A DNA stretch of 64,000 nt. It comes from Bacteroidia bacterium (GTDB lineage Bacteria; Bacteroidota; Bacteroidia; UKL13-3). This document shows, piece after piece, positions 20,456 to 30,144 of this stretch. Below the pieces are notes generated by a model. That model worked only from the letters and a program-made list of their open reading frames with translations. It searched no databases and had not been told where the DNA came from. The stretch spans positions 69,181 through 133,180 of the forward strand of contig JACMQU010000178.1 of the NCBI GenBank assembly GCA_014376805.1, written 5' to 3'. Positions within the stretch are counted from its first letter, which is position 1. The number at the start of each line of letters is the position of its first letter. The position numbers and the translations under genes were made by a program.

Positions 20456-20956
20456 TTAATAACTGCGAAGAAGTTGTTCTAAGTCTTGAGCACTCCTATT
20501 TTTAGCAATGATGATCCCTTCTCCATTCAACAAAAAATTGGATGGAATACTTGTTATTTTGCACTTTTTAATAATAGGGGATTGCCAACCCTGGAAATCA
20601 CATTCATGTGCTTTCCAGGGTAAATTATCTTTTTTCAAAGCCAGTTCATATAACTTTTTTGTTTCATCAAGGCTAATGCTGATGATATAAAATTTCCTTG
20701 CCTTTTTAAATTTTTTATCTTTATACTTCAAATAAGAAGGAGCCATATCCCGTTGTAAAATTCTACTTTCAGGGTTCCAGGATGCCCAAAAATGGATCAG
20801 CACATAAGAGCCTTTAAGTTCAATTAAATGGTATGGTTTCTGGAATGTTCCCTGGTAGGAGAAATCGGGTAAAGTATCTCCAATTTCAAAGCTTTTTCGG
20901 TTTTGCGCAAACCCTACAAATGGAGCAAAAAACAGAAATAAGATTGCTATTTTCAT
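20456..20956 (-). CDS. TlpA/redoxin-fold exported protein lacking the CxxC motif
   Basis: GDTLPDF, HFWASWNPES, IISISLD and SIPSNFLLNGEGIIIAKN. Signal peptide GFA-Q. Confidence 0.8.
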   Translation of the reverse strand: MKIAILFLFFAPFVGFAQNRKSFEIGDTLPDFSYQGTFQKPYHLIELKGSYVLIHFWASWNPESRILQRDMAPSYLKYKDKKFKKARKFYIISISLDETKKLYELALKKDNLPWKAHECDFQGWQSPIIKKCKITSIPSNFLLNGEGIIIAKNRSAQDLEQLLRSY

Positions 20957-20958
20957 TC

Positions 20959-22266
20959 TTATGGAATACGTGTTATATCAGCTCCGATTGCTCTAAGTCT
21001 TTCATCAATAAACTGGTAACCCCGGTCTATTTGTTCTATATTATTTATAATACTTGTTCCATTGGCAGCCAATGCAGCAATGAGCATAGAAACACCAGCT
21101 CTTATATCGGGAGATGACATGTTTATGCCCCTTAATTTAGTTTCACGGTTTGAACCAATTACAACTGCTCTGTGCGGATCACACAAAATAATCTTAGCGC
21201 CCATATCAATGAGATTATCTACAAAAAACAACCTGCTTTCAAACATCCACTGATGAATAAGAACACTTCCCTTAGCCTGCGTTGCAGTAACCAATGCAAT
21301 GGATATAAGATCGGGAGTAAATGCAGGCCAAATGCCATCTTTAATAGTAAGGATAGAACCATCAATTAGCGTTTCAATTTTATAAGAATCCTGTTTAGGA
21401 ATAAAAATATCATCCCCTTTAAATTCCATTTGTATGCCCATACGCTGAAATATTTTAGGGATTACTCCTAAACTGCTGATGGCACAATTTTTAATAGTTA
21501 TTTCAGAATTTGTTGCTGCTGCCAGCCCAATAAAGCTGCCAATTTCAATCATATCCGGGAGCATTCGGTGTTCGCAGCCACCCAACTCTTTAACACCTTC
21601 AATCTGTAACAGGTTTGAACCAACACCCGTAATTTTTGCACCCATACTGTTTAACATTTTACATAACTGTTGTATGTAAGGTTCACAGGCTGCATTATAA
21701 ATTGTTGTAGAACCTTTAGCTAAGGATGCAGCCATTAAAATGTTTGCCGTACCTGTTACCGAAGCTTCATCAAGCACCATATAAGCACCGGTTAAATTTT
21801 TGCCGTTTATTTTATAAAAACGTTCAGCTTGCAAGTGCTCAAATGTAGCACCCAGTTTTTCAAATCCTCTCAGATGTGTATCAACCGGTCTCCTGCCAAT
21901 TTTATCGCCCCCTGGTTCAGGTATATAGGCCATTCCAAAACGAGCAAGCAAGGGACCTATAATCATGATAGAACCACGCAAACTTGCTCCTTTGGTTTTA
22001 AAGGCATCACTTAACAAATAATCCAGATTTACCTGAGTTGCTTTAAATGAATAAGTTTCAGTGCTTAATTCTTCCACTTCCACCCCTAAATCTTTAAGGA
22101 GTTCAATTAATTTCATTACGTCTCTGATATTTGGAATATTAGAGATAATGATTTTTTCTGAAGTTAATAATACGGCAGAGAGTATCTGCAAAGCTTCATT
22201 CTTCGCGCCTTGTGGCACCAGTTCGCCTTTTAATTGTATACCGCCTTTTACTTTAAATGCACCCAT
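20959..22266 (-). CDS. murA: UDP-N-acetylglucosamine 1-carboxyvinyltransferase
   Basis: GAKNEAL, PGGDKIGRRPVDTH, SVTGTAN, FESR, DIRAG and IDRGY. Confidence 0.96.
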   Translation of the reverse strand: MGAFKVKGGIQLKGELVPQGAKNEALQILSAVLLTSEKIIISNIPNIRDVMKLIELLKDLGVEVEELSTETYSFKATQVNLDYLLSDAFKTKGASLRGSIMIIGPLLARFGMAYIPEPGGDKIGRRPVDTHLRGFEKLGATFEHLQAERFYKINGKNLTGAYMVLDEASVTGTANILMAASLAKGSTTIYNAACEPYIQQLCKMLNSMGAKITGVGSNLLQIEGVKELGGCEHRMLPDMIEIGSFIGLAAATNSEITIKNCAISSLGVIPKIFQRMGIQMEFKGDDIFIPKQDSYKIETLIDGSILTIKDGIWPAFTPDLISIALVTATQAKGSVLIHQWMFESRLFFVDNLIDMGAKIILCDPHRAVVIGSNRETKLRGINMSSPDIRAGVSMLIAALAANGTSIINNIEQIDRGYQFIDERLRAIGADITRIP

Positions 22267-22281
22267 TTTTGTTTGTAATTT

Positions 22282-23946
22282 TTAAAATGTAAAAGTAAAT
22301 CCACCCATTATGTTAATACCATATACCGGGTAACTATAAAATCTTTGATACCTGTTATTTGCAATATTATTTGCGTTCAAAAAAACTGAAACATTTTTGT
22401 TATACCTATAATCAATTCCAAAATTTGCATCAACAAACGGATCTATTTTTTTTTCAGTACCTGATAGATATCTGCTATAACGCTGACCCATATAAAATAT
22501 ATCTAGCTTTAAAATGAATTTATCAGCAATATGATACGTTGCATTTGTTTTGACTTCAAAACCCGGCCGGGAATAAGGGTGCGCAAGTGTTGGGTTAAGC
22601 TTATAGTTAAATACATTAAAACCAATTCCTAATCTTAATTTTTCGCCAATTGAATGATTAATATTTGCAGATATAGTTGTTAAATTAGCATAGGTAGAAT
22701 CATAAGTAGTAACCTGATTAGCTTGTACCGAATCATGGGTATAAAAGAGTAAGTTTTTAACTGATGTGGAAGAAGCCATGATGGTAAAGTTTGTCATTGG
22801 CCCTAACTCACCTTTAAAGCCTCCATAAATTTCAAATCGGTTAATTGTATTGTTTAAAATGAAATTAGTGGCAAAAGGATTTTCACCGGTAATGCCTTTT
22901 ACTGTGTTGGGTTTCAGGTTACCTGTTATACCAGCCAATACAACCAGTTTATTTGCAATGAGGTTATATCCGCCTTCTGCCTTGGGAAATAAATAAGGTT
23001 GCGTGCCTGCCGAATCGCTTGCAATAATAAAATTAACACCGCCCTTGAGATAGAAATTTTCATCACTTAATTTTAACTGGGGGTTGAGTTCAAAATATAT
23101 CCGTTGATAATTAAACTCACCTGTTGAATTACCGGGCGAAAATTTAGTATTATTAACCTGTAAACCGGTAACCAGTTCAAAAGGAAGTGTATTAATTTGT
23201 TTATTAAAACGAATTTTTACAAAAAAGTTATTTTCATTTACTTTATCATTTTTTAATTTAAAATCTCCGTTATAATTATAATAACCCAAATCTAACTTGT
23301 AGGTTAAAGAAGAACTATCTTTATTGTAATTCTGAAAAAATGCTTTGGTATCAAACAATTGATATATGAGTTTGGGGTCAATACTTAATTTTTTAATATC
23401 ATTTGGTGTGCCATAAAGGTTAACTAAATTTCTATTATAACCTGCATCCACTCCGTAACTGCCATTAGCAGTAAACTGTTTTACATAGCTATAAATAGTA
23501 CTGTTGCTAAAATTATTATATGCCTTATCTCCGTTGGCAGAAATATGTTTAATAAACATGCCTGTTTGTGTATTTTTATTTCTTACAGAGTTCAGATAAA
23601 ATTCGAACAGCGGAGAAGTATAATTGCCAAAGCCAAGTTTTGTGTAATTATTTTTAAGCTTAGGTAATAAAAATGTTCCTAAAGATAACGGCTTAATGGT
23701 GTAGATGGTGGGCTGTATAGAAAATTGCTGGTCGGGTATCTGATAAGTATAATTGGGCTTGCTAATTTCCGGCTTTTCAGGATTGGGGTTAACAGGAATT
23801 TTTATGGCTTCTGAAAGAATAGGTATGAAGTTTTTTATAACCTCTATTCTGTTATCTTTAATGAGGCTGTCATTTACCTGTGCAAAACTAATTACTTGTA
23901 TTAGAAAGCATAGGGAGAGTGTTAGACTATATTTAAATGTTACCAT
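22282..23946 (-). CDS. Outer-membrane beta-barrel protein (TonB-receptor-like barrel, no evident plug)
   Basis: Signal peptide SFA-Q, amphipathic Tyr/Phe strands, NANNIANNRY and C-terminal GFTFTF. Confidence 0.7.
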   Translation of the reverse strand: MVTFKYSLTLSLCFLIQVISFAQVNDSLIKDNRIEVIKNFIPILSEAIKIPVNPNPEKPEISKPNYTYQIPDQQFSIQPTIYTIKPLSLGTFLLPKLKNNYTKLGFGNYTSPLFEFYLNSVRNKNTQTGMFIKHISANGDKAYNNFSNSTIYSYVKQFTANGSYGVDAGYNRNLVNLYGTPNDIKKLSIDPKLIYQLFDTKAFFQNYNKDSSSLTYKLDLGYYNYNGDFKLKNDKVNENNFFVKIRFNKQINTLPFELVTGLQVNNTKFSPGNSTGEFNYQRIYFELNPQLKLSDENFYLKGGVNFIIASDSAGTQPYLFPKAEGGYNLIANKLVVLAGITGNLKPNTVKGITGENPFATNFILNNTINRFEIYGGFKGELGPMTNFTIMASSTSVKNLLFYTHDSVQANQVTTYDSTYANLTTISANINHSIGEKLRLGIGFNVFNYKLNPTLAHPYSRPGFEVKTNATYHIADKFILKLDIFYMGQRYSRYLSGTEKKIDPFVDANFGIDYRYNKNVSVFLNANNIANNRYQRFYSYPVYGINIMGGFTFTF

Positions 23947-23948
23947 TA

Positions 23949-26900
23949 CTATTTATTTTCATTTTGTTTAATTCGTTGTTCAATCATTTTTTGAGAATCA
24001 CTTTTTTGTTGCTTCTCCATTTCAATAATTTCTTCCAACTTTACTTTGGCAATCTGTCTTATTTCCTGACCATCATAATTATCAAGTAAGCTTTGCAGCG
24101 TTGCTTTAGCCTGGAAAGCATCATTCTGTTTTATATAAGTATCGGCTAATAATACAAATCCTTTTGCTACCCAATACGTGTAATCATCAAACTGATCTTT
24201 AAGCTCGAAGATGGTTTTTTGAGAAGATTTATATTCCTTACGCATGTACTGGATTAAAGCAATATGGTATTTTGCTTCTGCCCCATAAACATTTTTAACA
24301 TCCTTTAAAACACGCATATATTCTAAATAGGCCGAGTCTGGATTATTATGTTTTATATAGTAACGCCCTAAGTTAGTACGAGCCTCCACAATGCCCTCTT
24401 TTTGGGTGAGCCCGGAGTTTAGGTACTTAATTGAAGCTGTAGCTGCAGAATCGGTTTTGCCCTGAACCGAACAGCTTTTCATTTGGCCTATTAATGAAAA
24501 TGAAAGATTATCTTTATTGCTTGCGATTCTTTCTAATGCTGAATAATAATCATAGGCAATTTCATAATTCTTATTCATACTGTTAATGTATGCAGCCTGT
24601 CGGGTACTTTTTTCTGTATAATCACTGCGAAGAGAGTTGGCCACATATTCATAACCTATTAAGGCATCAGTATAGCTTTTTAACTTATAATCACACTCGG
24701 CTTTAAAGTAATTGGCTTTTAAAATAAAATAACCACCGGGGAATTTGTTTATATAATCACCAAATGCTTTACTCGCTTTGTTAAAATCATTTTTTTGAAA
24801 AAGATTAATAGCCGATTCAAAGCTTAATGAATCTTGCGTAGATGCGGAAACCACCACATTTGGCAATGCTTTTATGATTTCCAGAAATTCGGGACCTTTA
24901 CCCTGGTTCACATAAATATTCTGCAATATAATAACAGATTCACGGGCCTCATCGCTGTTTGGATAATTATTAACAAGCTTTTTTATTTCAACAAGTGCCT
25001 CTTCATTTTTATTAATATTAAAAAGCGCCAGACTTTTATTTAGCATAGCTTTCCTTAAATAAATGGAACGGGGATAATTTGTTATTATCAAGCTAAAAGC
25101 TTCAATAGCGTTTGCATAATCTTCTGTCTTTAAATAAATATCTGCTCTTTCATATACAGCATCATCAATATAAGTTGATCTTGGAAAATTACTTTCTAAA
25201 GTTTTAAGAGCAGTAATTTTTTCTTCATTTCTTCCTAACACTCCCAAAATAAGTGACTTTTGATACAGAGCATAATCGGCACCATTCAATTGTTTTTGAA
25301 TAACGAGGTTGTAATAATCAATTGACTTATCATAGTTTTTGGAAACAAAATAGCAATCAGCGGTTCTGATAACGGCATCTGTATAAACTTCAGGATTACC
25401 CATGGCAAAATCTTTTTCTACATACAATTTAAAGGATTCAATTGCTTTATTGTAATTCTCTGTTTTTAAATAGGCATAACCAAGGTTATAAAAGGAGAGA
25501 TTATAAAAACGGGTACTCTTTATTTCTTCTTCATTTTGAAAAAGTTTATAATGATTTTGTGATTTTATATATTGTTGTTCTTTGTATGCTTGCTCTCCAA
25601 GCCAGAAGTTTGCAAGTGCAGTAATTTTTTTATCATAACTTACTTCAGCACATTTGGCAAAAAGTTCATTTGCTTCTTTATAATTATTATTCAGATATAA
25701 TTCCTCAGCCCTGTAATAACTTACCCTTTGCGTGTTCAGCATGTCTTGTGCATTAGGATGTTTTATTCCTTCCAGAATCTTCATGGCTTCTTTAAAATTT
25801 CTTGCATGCAATAATAAATTGCCAAGGTTACTTCTTGCCTCACTTGCATATTCGCTTTGTGGATAGGCGTCAATTAATTTCACATAGGAAGTCATAGCTG
25901 CACCTTGTAAATTTAATTCGTCAGCAATCTTGGCACTGTTAAATAAAGCAATTTCTGCAAGTGAGCCTGCAGGCTTTAACTGATAACATTTATTAAAGGC
26001 AGTTAGTGCATTTGAGCTTTTTTCCAATTTAAGATAACTTGCCCCAAGGTGATAATAAACATAGGGGCCAATGGTATCGTTATTAGCGTCTATTTTAATA
26101 AATTGTTCAATTGCCTTTTCATATTGTCCGGTTCTGGCATAAGCTAAACCAAGCGTATAAAAATCGCTGTTGGTAGGTTGTACAGGTGCCGCATTCATAA
26201 ATTGTTCGAGGTGAGGAATAGCTGTTTCATATTGGTTTAACTGGTAATATGACTGGCCCAGCATTCCTGCAACATCATCGGCCACCTCTCTGTTTTTTAT
26301 GGTATCGCAATAAGCAATAACATCTTTATATTGTTTACGGGCAAAATATACTTGCGTTACATATACAGCGGCTAAGGGGCCAAATGTTTTATGATATTTT
26401 ATCCTTCCAAAATGGTCAAGTGCCTCATCATATGCACCAGATTTATAACTTACATAGCCATAATAGTAATTGGTGGCATCATAGTATTTGCTTTTTTCAT
26501 CTTTTATATTTTTGAAAGATTTCTTTGCATCAACATAGCGTTCAACTTTAAATAGGGAATACCCATAAGTAAAATAAAATTCTTTCAGATCATTACCAGA
26601 AAGATATCTGATATCTACATTATCAAGGTAATGAACTGCCTTTTTATTGTTTTTATTTCTATAATGTAATTTGCCTGACTGATAGGTAGCAAGTTTGGCT
26701 TTTGTATTTTCCGGAAATGAATCTATTAAGGCCTGAAACAGAGGTGCAGCATCAGGATTAAATAATTCCAAAGCACAAACTGCTATATAATATTGGGCAT
26801 TTATTTTCTGTAACTGGTTATGTGCAATTACAGCGTACCACTCAAAATACTTTTGCGCTGCAGCATATTTTTCTTTGTCAAAAAGTTCAAGACCTTGATT

Positions 26901-27071
26901 ATAATATTTTATTTCATCAGTATAAATTGTTGTTTGCTGTGCTTTTAACCTTTGCTGGCAAAGCATAAAAAAAATAACAAACGCAAGAAGACGGCCAATA
27001 ATTAACAATATGTTTTGAAGCCAATCTTGTTGGTTGCCGGGATAAATTTTACGAAAAATATAGGTACGCAT
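23949..27071 (-). CDS. Large exported tetratricopeptide-repeat protein
   Basis: Many TPR-like units (e.g. YNLGYAYLKTENYNKAIESF, YP.S motifs). Predicted signal cleavage LKA-QQ. Confidence 0.88.
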   Translation of the reverse strand: MRTYIFRKIYPGNQQDWLQNILLIIGRLLAFVIFFMLCQQRLKAQQTTIYTDEIKYYNQGLELFDKEKYAAAQKYFEWYAVIAHNQLQKINAQYYIAVCALELFNPDAAPLFQALIDSFPENTKAKLATYQSGKLHYRNKNNKKAVHYLDNVDIRYLSGNDLKEFYFTYGYSLFKVERYVDAKKSFKNIKDEKSKYYDATNYYYGYVSYKSGAYDEALDHFGRIKYHKTFGPLAAVYVTQVYFARKQYKDVIAYCDTIKNREVADDVAGMLGQSYYQLNQYETAIPHLEQFMNAAPVQPTNSDFYTLGLAYARTGQYEKAIEQFIKIDANNDTIGPYVYYHLGASYLKLEKSSNALTAFNKCYQLKPAGSLAEIALFNSAKIADELNLQGAAMTSYVKLIDAYPQSEYASEARSNLGNLLLHARNFKEAMKILEGIKHPNAQDMLNTQRVSYYRAEELYLNNNYKEANELFAKCAEVSYDKKITALANFWLGEQAYKEQQYIKSQNHYKLFQNEEEIKSTRFYNLSFYNLGYAYLKTENYNKAIESFKLYVEKDFAMGNPEVYTDAVIRTADCYFVSKNYDKSIDYYNLVIQKQLNGADYALYQKSLILGVLGRNEEKITALKTLESNFPRSTYIDDAVYERADIYLKTEDYANAIEAFSLIITNYPRSIYLRKAMLNKSLALFNINKNEEALVEIKKLVNNYPNSDEARESVIILQNIYVNQGKGPEFLEIIKALPNVVVSASTQDSLSFESAINLFQKNDFNKASKAFGDYINKFPGGYFILKANYFKAECDYKLKSYTDALIGYEYVANSLRSDYTEKSTRQAAYINSMNKNYEIAYDYYSALERIASNKDNLSFSLIGQMKSCSVQGKTDSAATASIKYLNSGLTQKEGIVEARTNLGRYYIKHNNPDSAYLEYMRVLKDVKNVYGAEAKYHIALIQYMRKEYKSSQKTIFELKDQFDDYTYWVAKGFVLLADTYIKQNDAFQAKATLQSLLDNYDGQEIRQIAKVKLEEIIEMEKQQKSDSQKMIEQRIKQNENK

Positions 27072-27333
27072 ATGTGATTACAACTGCTAACGAATGTAAT
27101 CAGATGGTTCTTGTGTACATTTTCGTATTTATCCCCATTTTCTTGTTTCAAAAAGTTTAAGTGCGGCATGAAGTAGACACTGATTGCGCACCTGGTTTAT
27201 ATTCAGTTTATCAGATTGCATAATAGCTCACTTATGTTTTATTATCAGTTTAAATTTCTGTTATTTATAGTTTTATTACCTTCTAAACCTTTTAAAACAC
27301 TTATTTATTGGCTTATTACCTTCAGAAATTTAT

Positions 27334-27687
27334 TTACATAGCACCTTTAATCTTTGAATTCCATTCTTCTTCTTTAAATCCAATTAGCAGGTTTTTACCA
27401 TTTTCTAAAACAGGTCTTTTAATTATTGTTGGGTTTTTTATCAGGATTTCAATTGCAGTATCAGGGTTATTTAACATTTTTTTTTCTTCCTGATGCAGGT
27501 TTTTAAAGGTTGTACTTTTTAGATTAATAAGCTGTTCGAGCGTGCATTTTTTTAACCACACATGAATTGTTTTTTTGTCAATTCCTGAAATTTTATAATC
27601 ATGAAAGGTAAAGTTTACTCCCTTCTTATCAAGCCATTTAATGGCTTTCTGCATGGTATCACAATTTTTTATTCCGTAAATGTTCAT
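27334..27687 (-). CDS. ArsC/Spx family protein (YffB-like)
   Basis: IYGIKNCDTM, FHDYK, PTIIKRPV and GF. Confidence 0.88.
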   Translation of the reverse strand: MNIYGIKNCDTMQKAIKWLDKKGVNFTFHDYKISGIDKKTIHVWLKKCTLEQLINLKSTTFKNLHQEEKKMLNNPDTAIEILIKNPTIIKRPVLENGKNLLIGFKEEEWNSKIKGAM

Positions 27688-27724
27688 TAGAATTTACACT
27701 TTTATATAGTGTGCCCGTTAAATT

Positions 27725-27732
27725 CAAAGTTA
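27725..27732 (-). promoter_or_regulatory. -7 box (TAACTTTG) upstream of the ArsC/Spx gene
   Basis: Exact TAnnTTTG on the minus strand, 38 nt before the ATG. Confidence 0.45.
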
Positions 27733-27813
27733 GCTTTAAGTAATTTAAAATAATTAGTAATTATAAAACAAATTAACAGTGTGGTAATAAATATTTGCCT
27801 TTTTAAATTAATA

Positions 27814-27849
27814 AAAAATGCAACTCTAAGGTAAAGAAGTTGCATTTTT
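27814..27849. repeat. Perfect 12-bp inverted repeat with 12-bp spacer
   Basis: AAAAATGCAACT-ctaaggtaaaga-AGTTGCATTTTT. Confidence 0.75.
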
Positions 27850-27875
27850 GCGGTTTAATGATTTTCTGCATTTAA

Positions 27876-28511
27876 ATGACATTTAAAAACGGTGCCTTTT
27901 TTTTCCCTTATGCCTTCATAATAATTGTTCTGGCATTTGTTCAGATCAGGATGCGACAAATTGATATAAGTATTGAGATCAATAGTTTGCATAATGATGT
28001 ACTTGACCAGGTTTGTAAATATGCTACCTATTTAGGTGATGGTTTTTTTTCTGTTTTAGGCGCTATTATTGTTTTTCGGTTCAACCCTAAACTTGCGGTT
28101 TGTTTATTAATTAGTTACCTGTTAAGTGCCGGTATTGCCCAGGCATTAAAGCATACTTTGTTTAGTGAATATATGAGGCCAATTGCATTAATAGGAGATA
28201 CGCAACTTAAGCGTATTCATTTGGTTGATGGTGTTGATATCAATTATAAAAATAGTTTCCCTTCGGGCCATGCTACTTCTGCTTTTGCTTTTTTTACTGT
28301 TCTGGCTATGTTTGCAAAATCAAACCTGAACAAAATTATTTATTTGCTGCTGGGTTGTTTTACTGCTTTTACGCGCATTTATTTACTACAGCATTTTTTA
28401 ATTGATGTATTTACCGGAGCTATTATTGGATCGCTTATTGCCTTATTGGTTATTCACTTTTTGATCACAAAAAATGGGTATGAATTATTGAAATCTAAAG
28501 TAAAAAAATGA
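27876..28511 (+). CDS. PAP2-family membrane phosphatase
   Basis: K...RP, SFPSGH and TRIYLLQHFLIDV motifs. Confidence 0.88.
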   Translation: MTFKNGAFFFPYAFIIIVLAFVQIRMRQIDISIEINSLHNDVLDQVCKYATYLGDGFFSVLGAIIVFRFNPKLAVCLLISYLLSAGIAQALKHTLFSEYMRPIALIGDTQLKRIHLVDGVDINYKNSFPSGHATSAFAFFTVLAMFAKSNLNKIIYLLLGCFTAFTRIYLLQHFLIDVFTGAIIGSLIALLVIHFLITKNGYELLKSKVKK

Positions 28512-30139
28512 TAAACCTGTTAAAACGTTTTGATATTTTTTTTGTGGTTCTATGGGGAACACTCTTGTTTATTCCCTTTTTAGGAGTCGTTCATTTATTT
28601 GATTGGGACGAAATCAATTTTGCTGAATCAGCCCGTGAAATGATTGTTACGGGTAATTATCAAAAGGTTCAGATTAATTATCAGCCCTTCATGGAGAAAC
28701 CGCCGTTGTTTTTCTGGATACAGGTTTTAAGTATGAAGGTTTTTGGAGTTGGTGAATTTGCTGCACGGTTCCCTAATGCTATTATTGGCATTATAACATT
28801 GGTGTTTATTTTTACAATTGGTAAGAAATTGTATGGCCGGCAATTGGCATTTCTATGGGTCTTATTTATTACCGGCTCATTTACGCCTCATTTATATTTT
28901 AAAAGTGGTATTATAGATCCATTGTATAACCTGTTCATTTTTGCTGCAGTTTATATGCTATATTTATATTCCTTATCAAAGCAAACCATACAGGCAGTTT
29001 GGTTGGGATTGTTTACAGGACTGGCTATTATTACAAAAGGTCCGGTAGCAGTTTTGGTTGTAATGTTATGTTTTATCACGCTATGGGCTTTAAAAAAGTT
29101 TAACCGGTTTTTTAGTTATAAGGATATTTTTATAACAGCTTTGGTTGCCTTTCTGGTAAGTGCTGTATGGTTTGGATTTGAAACAATGGAAAGAGGTACG
29201 GTATTTCTTTCTGAGTTTTTAAAATACCAGCTCGACTTATTTTTAAATCCTGTGGCAGGGCATGGACAACCTTTTTGGTATCATCCACTGGTATTGTTAG
29301 TAGGTTGTTTTCCTGCGTCTGTAATTGCCTTGAAATTTATTTTTAAAACCCATGAAACGGCAAACAAAGAGCAAACAGATTTTTTTCGCATCATGCAAAT
29401 TATGTTTTGGGCAGTGCTCATTCTGTTTAGTATAGTTGAAACCAAAATTGTTCATTACAGTTCTTTATGTTATCTGCCTTTAACTTTTATGGCCGCCATG
29501 TTCATTCACCAAAGGTTTGAAGCAGGAGTTAAGTTTAGCAATTTTCAAACAGCACTACTCTTGTTTACCGGAATATTCATATCTTTTATATTTATCGCCT
29601 TGCCTTTAACAGATTATTTAAAACCTTATTTTATACCGTATATTAAAGATGATTTTGCTGTTGCTGCCCTAATGGAATCCGGCAACTGGAATGGGTATGA
29701 ATGGATACCCGGAGTATTATTATTTATTACCGTTATAATAACCAGCTTATTCATATTTAAAAATAAAGTTAAGGAAGGGATATTTATTTTGCTGGTTTTT
29801 ATTTCTTTATTTATACCGCTGGTTTTAAAAATGATTGTACCCAAAATTGAATCCTATAGCCAGGGTGTGGCTATTAGTTTTTTTGAAAGTAAACAGCAAA
29901 CCGATTGTTATATAGAAACTCTTGGTTATAAAAGCTATGCTCAGTACTTTTATGCAAGAACTTTGCCAGCTGTAAATACTAAAGCTTACCAAATTAACTG
30001 GTTGTTAACAGACAGCATTGATAAGGATGCATATTTTGTATTGCATGTGAATAATATTAAAGATCACATCAACTCATCAATGATTGAAATTGGAAGAAAA
30101 GGCGGTTTTGTGTTTTATAAAAGAAAGGCGCTTAGATAA
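28508..30139 (+). CDS. ArnT/PMT-like (GT-C fold) membrane glycosyltransferase
   Basis: FDWDEINFAESAREM, EKPPLFFW, AARFP, TKGP and H.QPFWY. Confidence 0.85.
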   Translation: MINLLKRFDIFFVVLWGTLLFIPFLGVVHLFDWDEINFAESAREMIVTGNYQKVQINYQPFMEKPPLFFWIQVLSMKVFGVGEFAARFPNAIIGIITLVFIFTIGKKLYGRQLAFLWVLFITGSFTPHLYFKSGIIDPLYNLFIFAAVYMLYLYSLSKQTIQAVWLGLFTGLAIITKGPVAVLVVMLCFITLWALKKFNRFFSYKDIFITALVAFLVSAVWFGFETMERGTVFLSEFLKYQLDLFLNPVAGHGQPFWYHPLVLLVGCFPASVIALKFIFKTHETANKEQTDFFRIMQIMFWAVLILFSIVETKIVHYSSLCYLPLTFMAAMFIHQRFEAGVKFSNFQTALLLFTGIFISFIFIALPLTDYLKPYFIPYIKDDFAVAALMESGNWNGYEWIPGVLLFITVIITSLFIFKNKVKEGIFILLVFISLFIPLVLKMIVPKIESYSQGVAISFFESKQQTDCYIETLGYKSYAQYFYARTLPAVNTKAYQINWLLTDSIDKDAYFVLHVNNIKDHINSSMIEIGRKGGFVFYKRKALR

Positions 30140-30144
30140 TCCTT

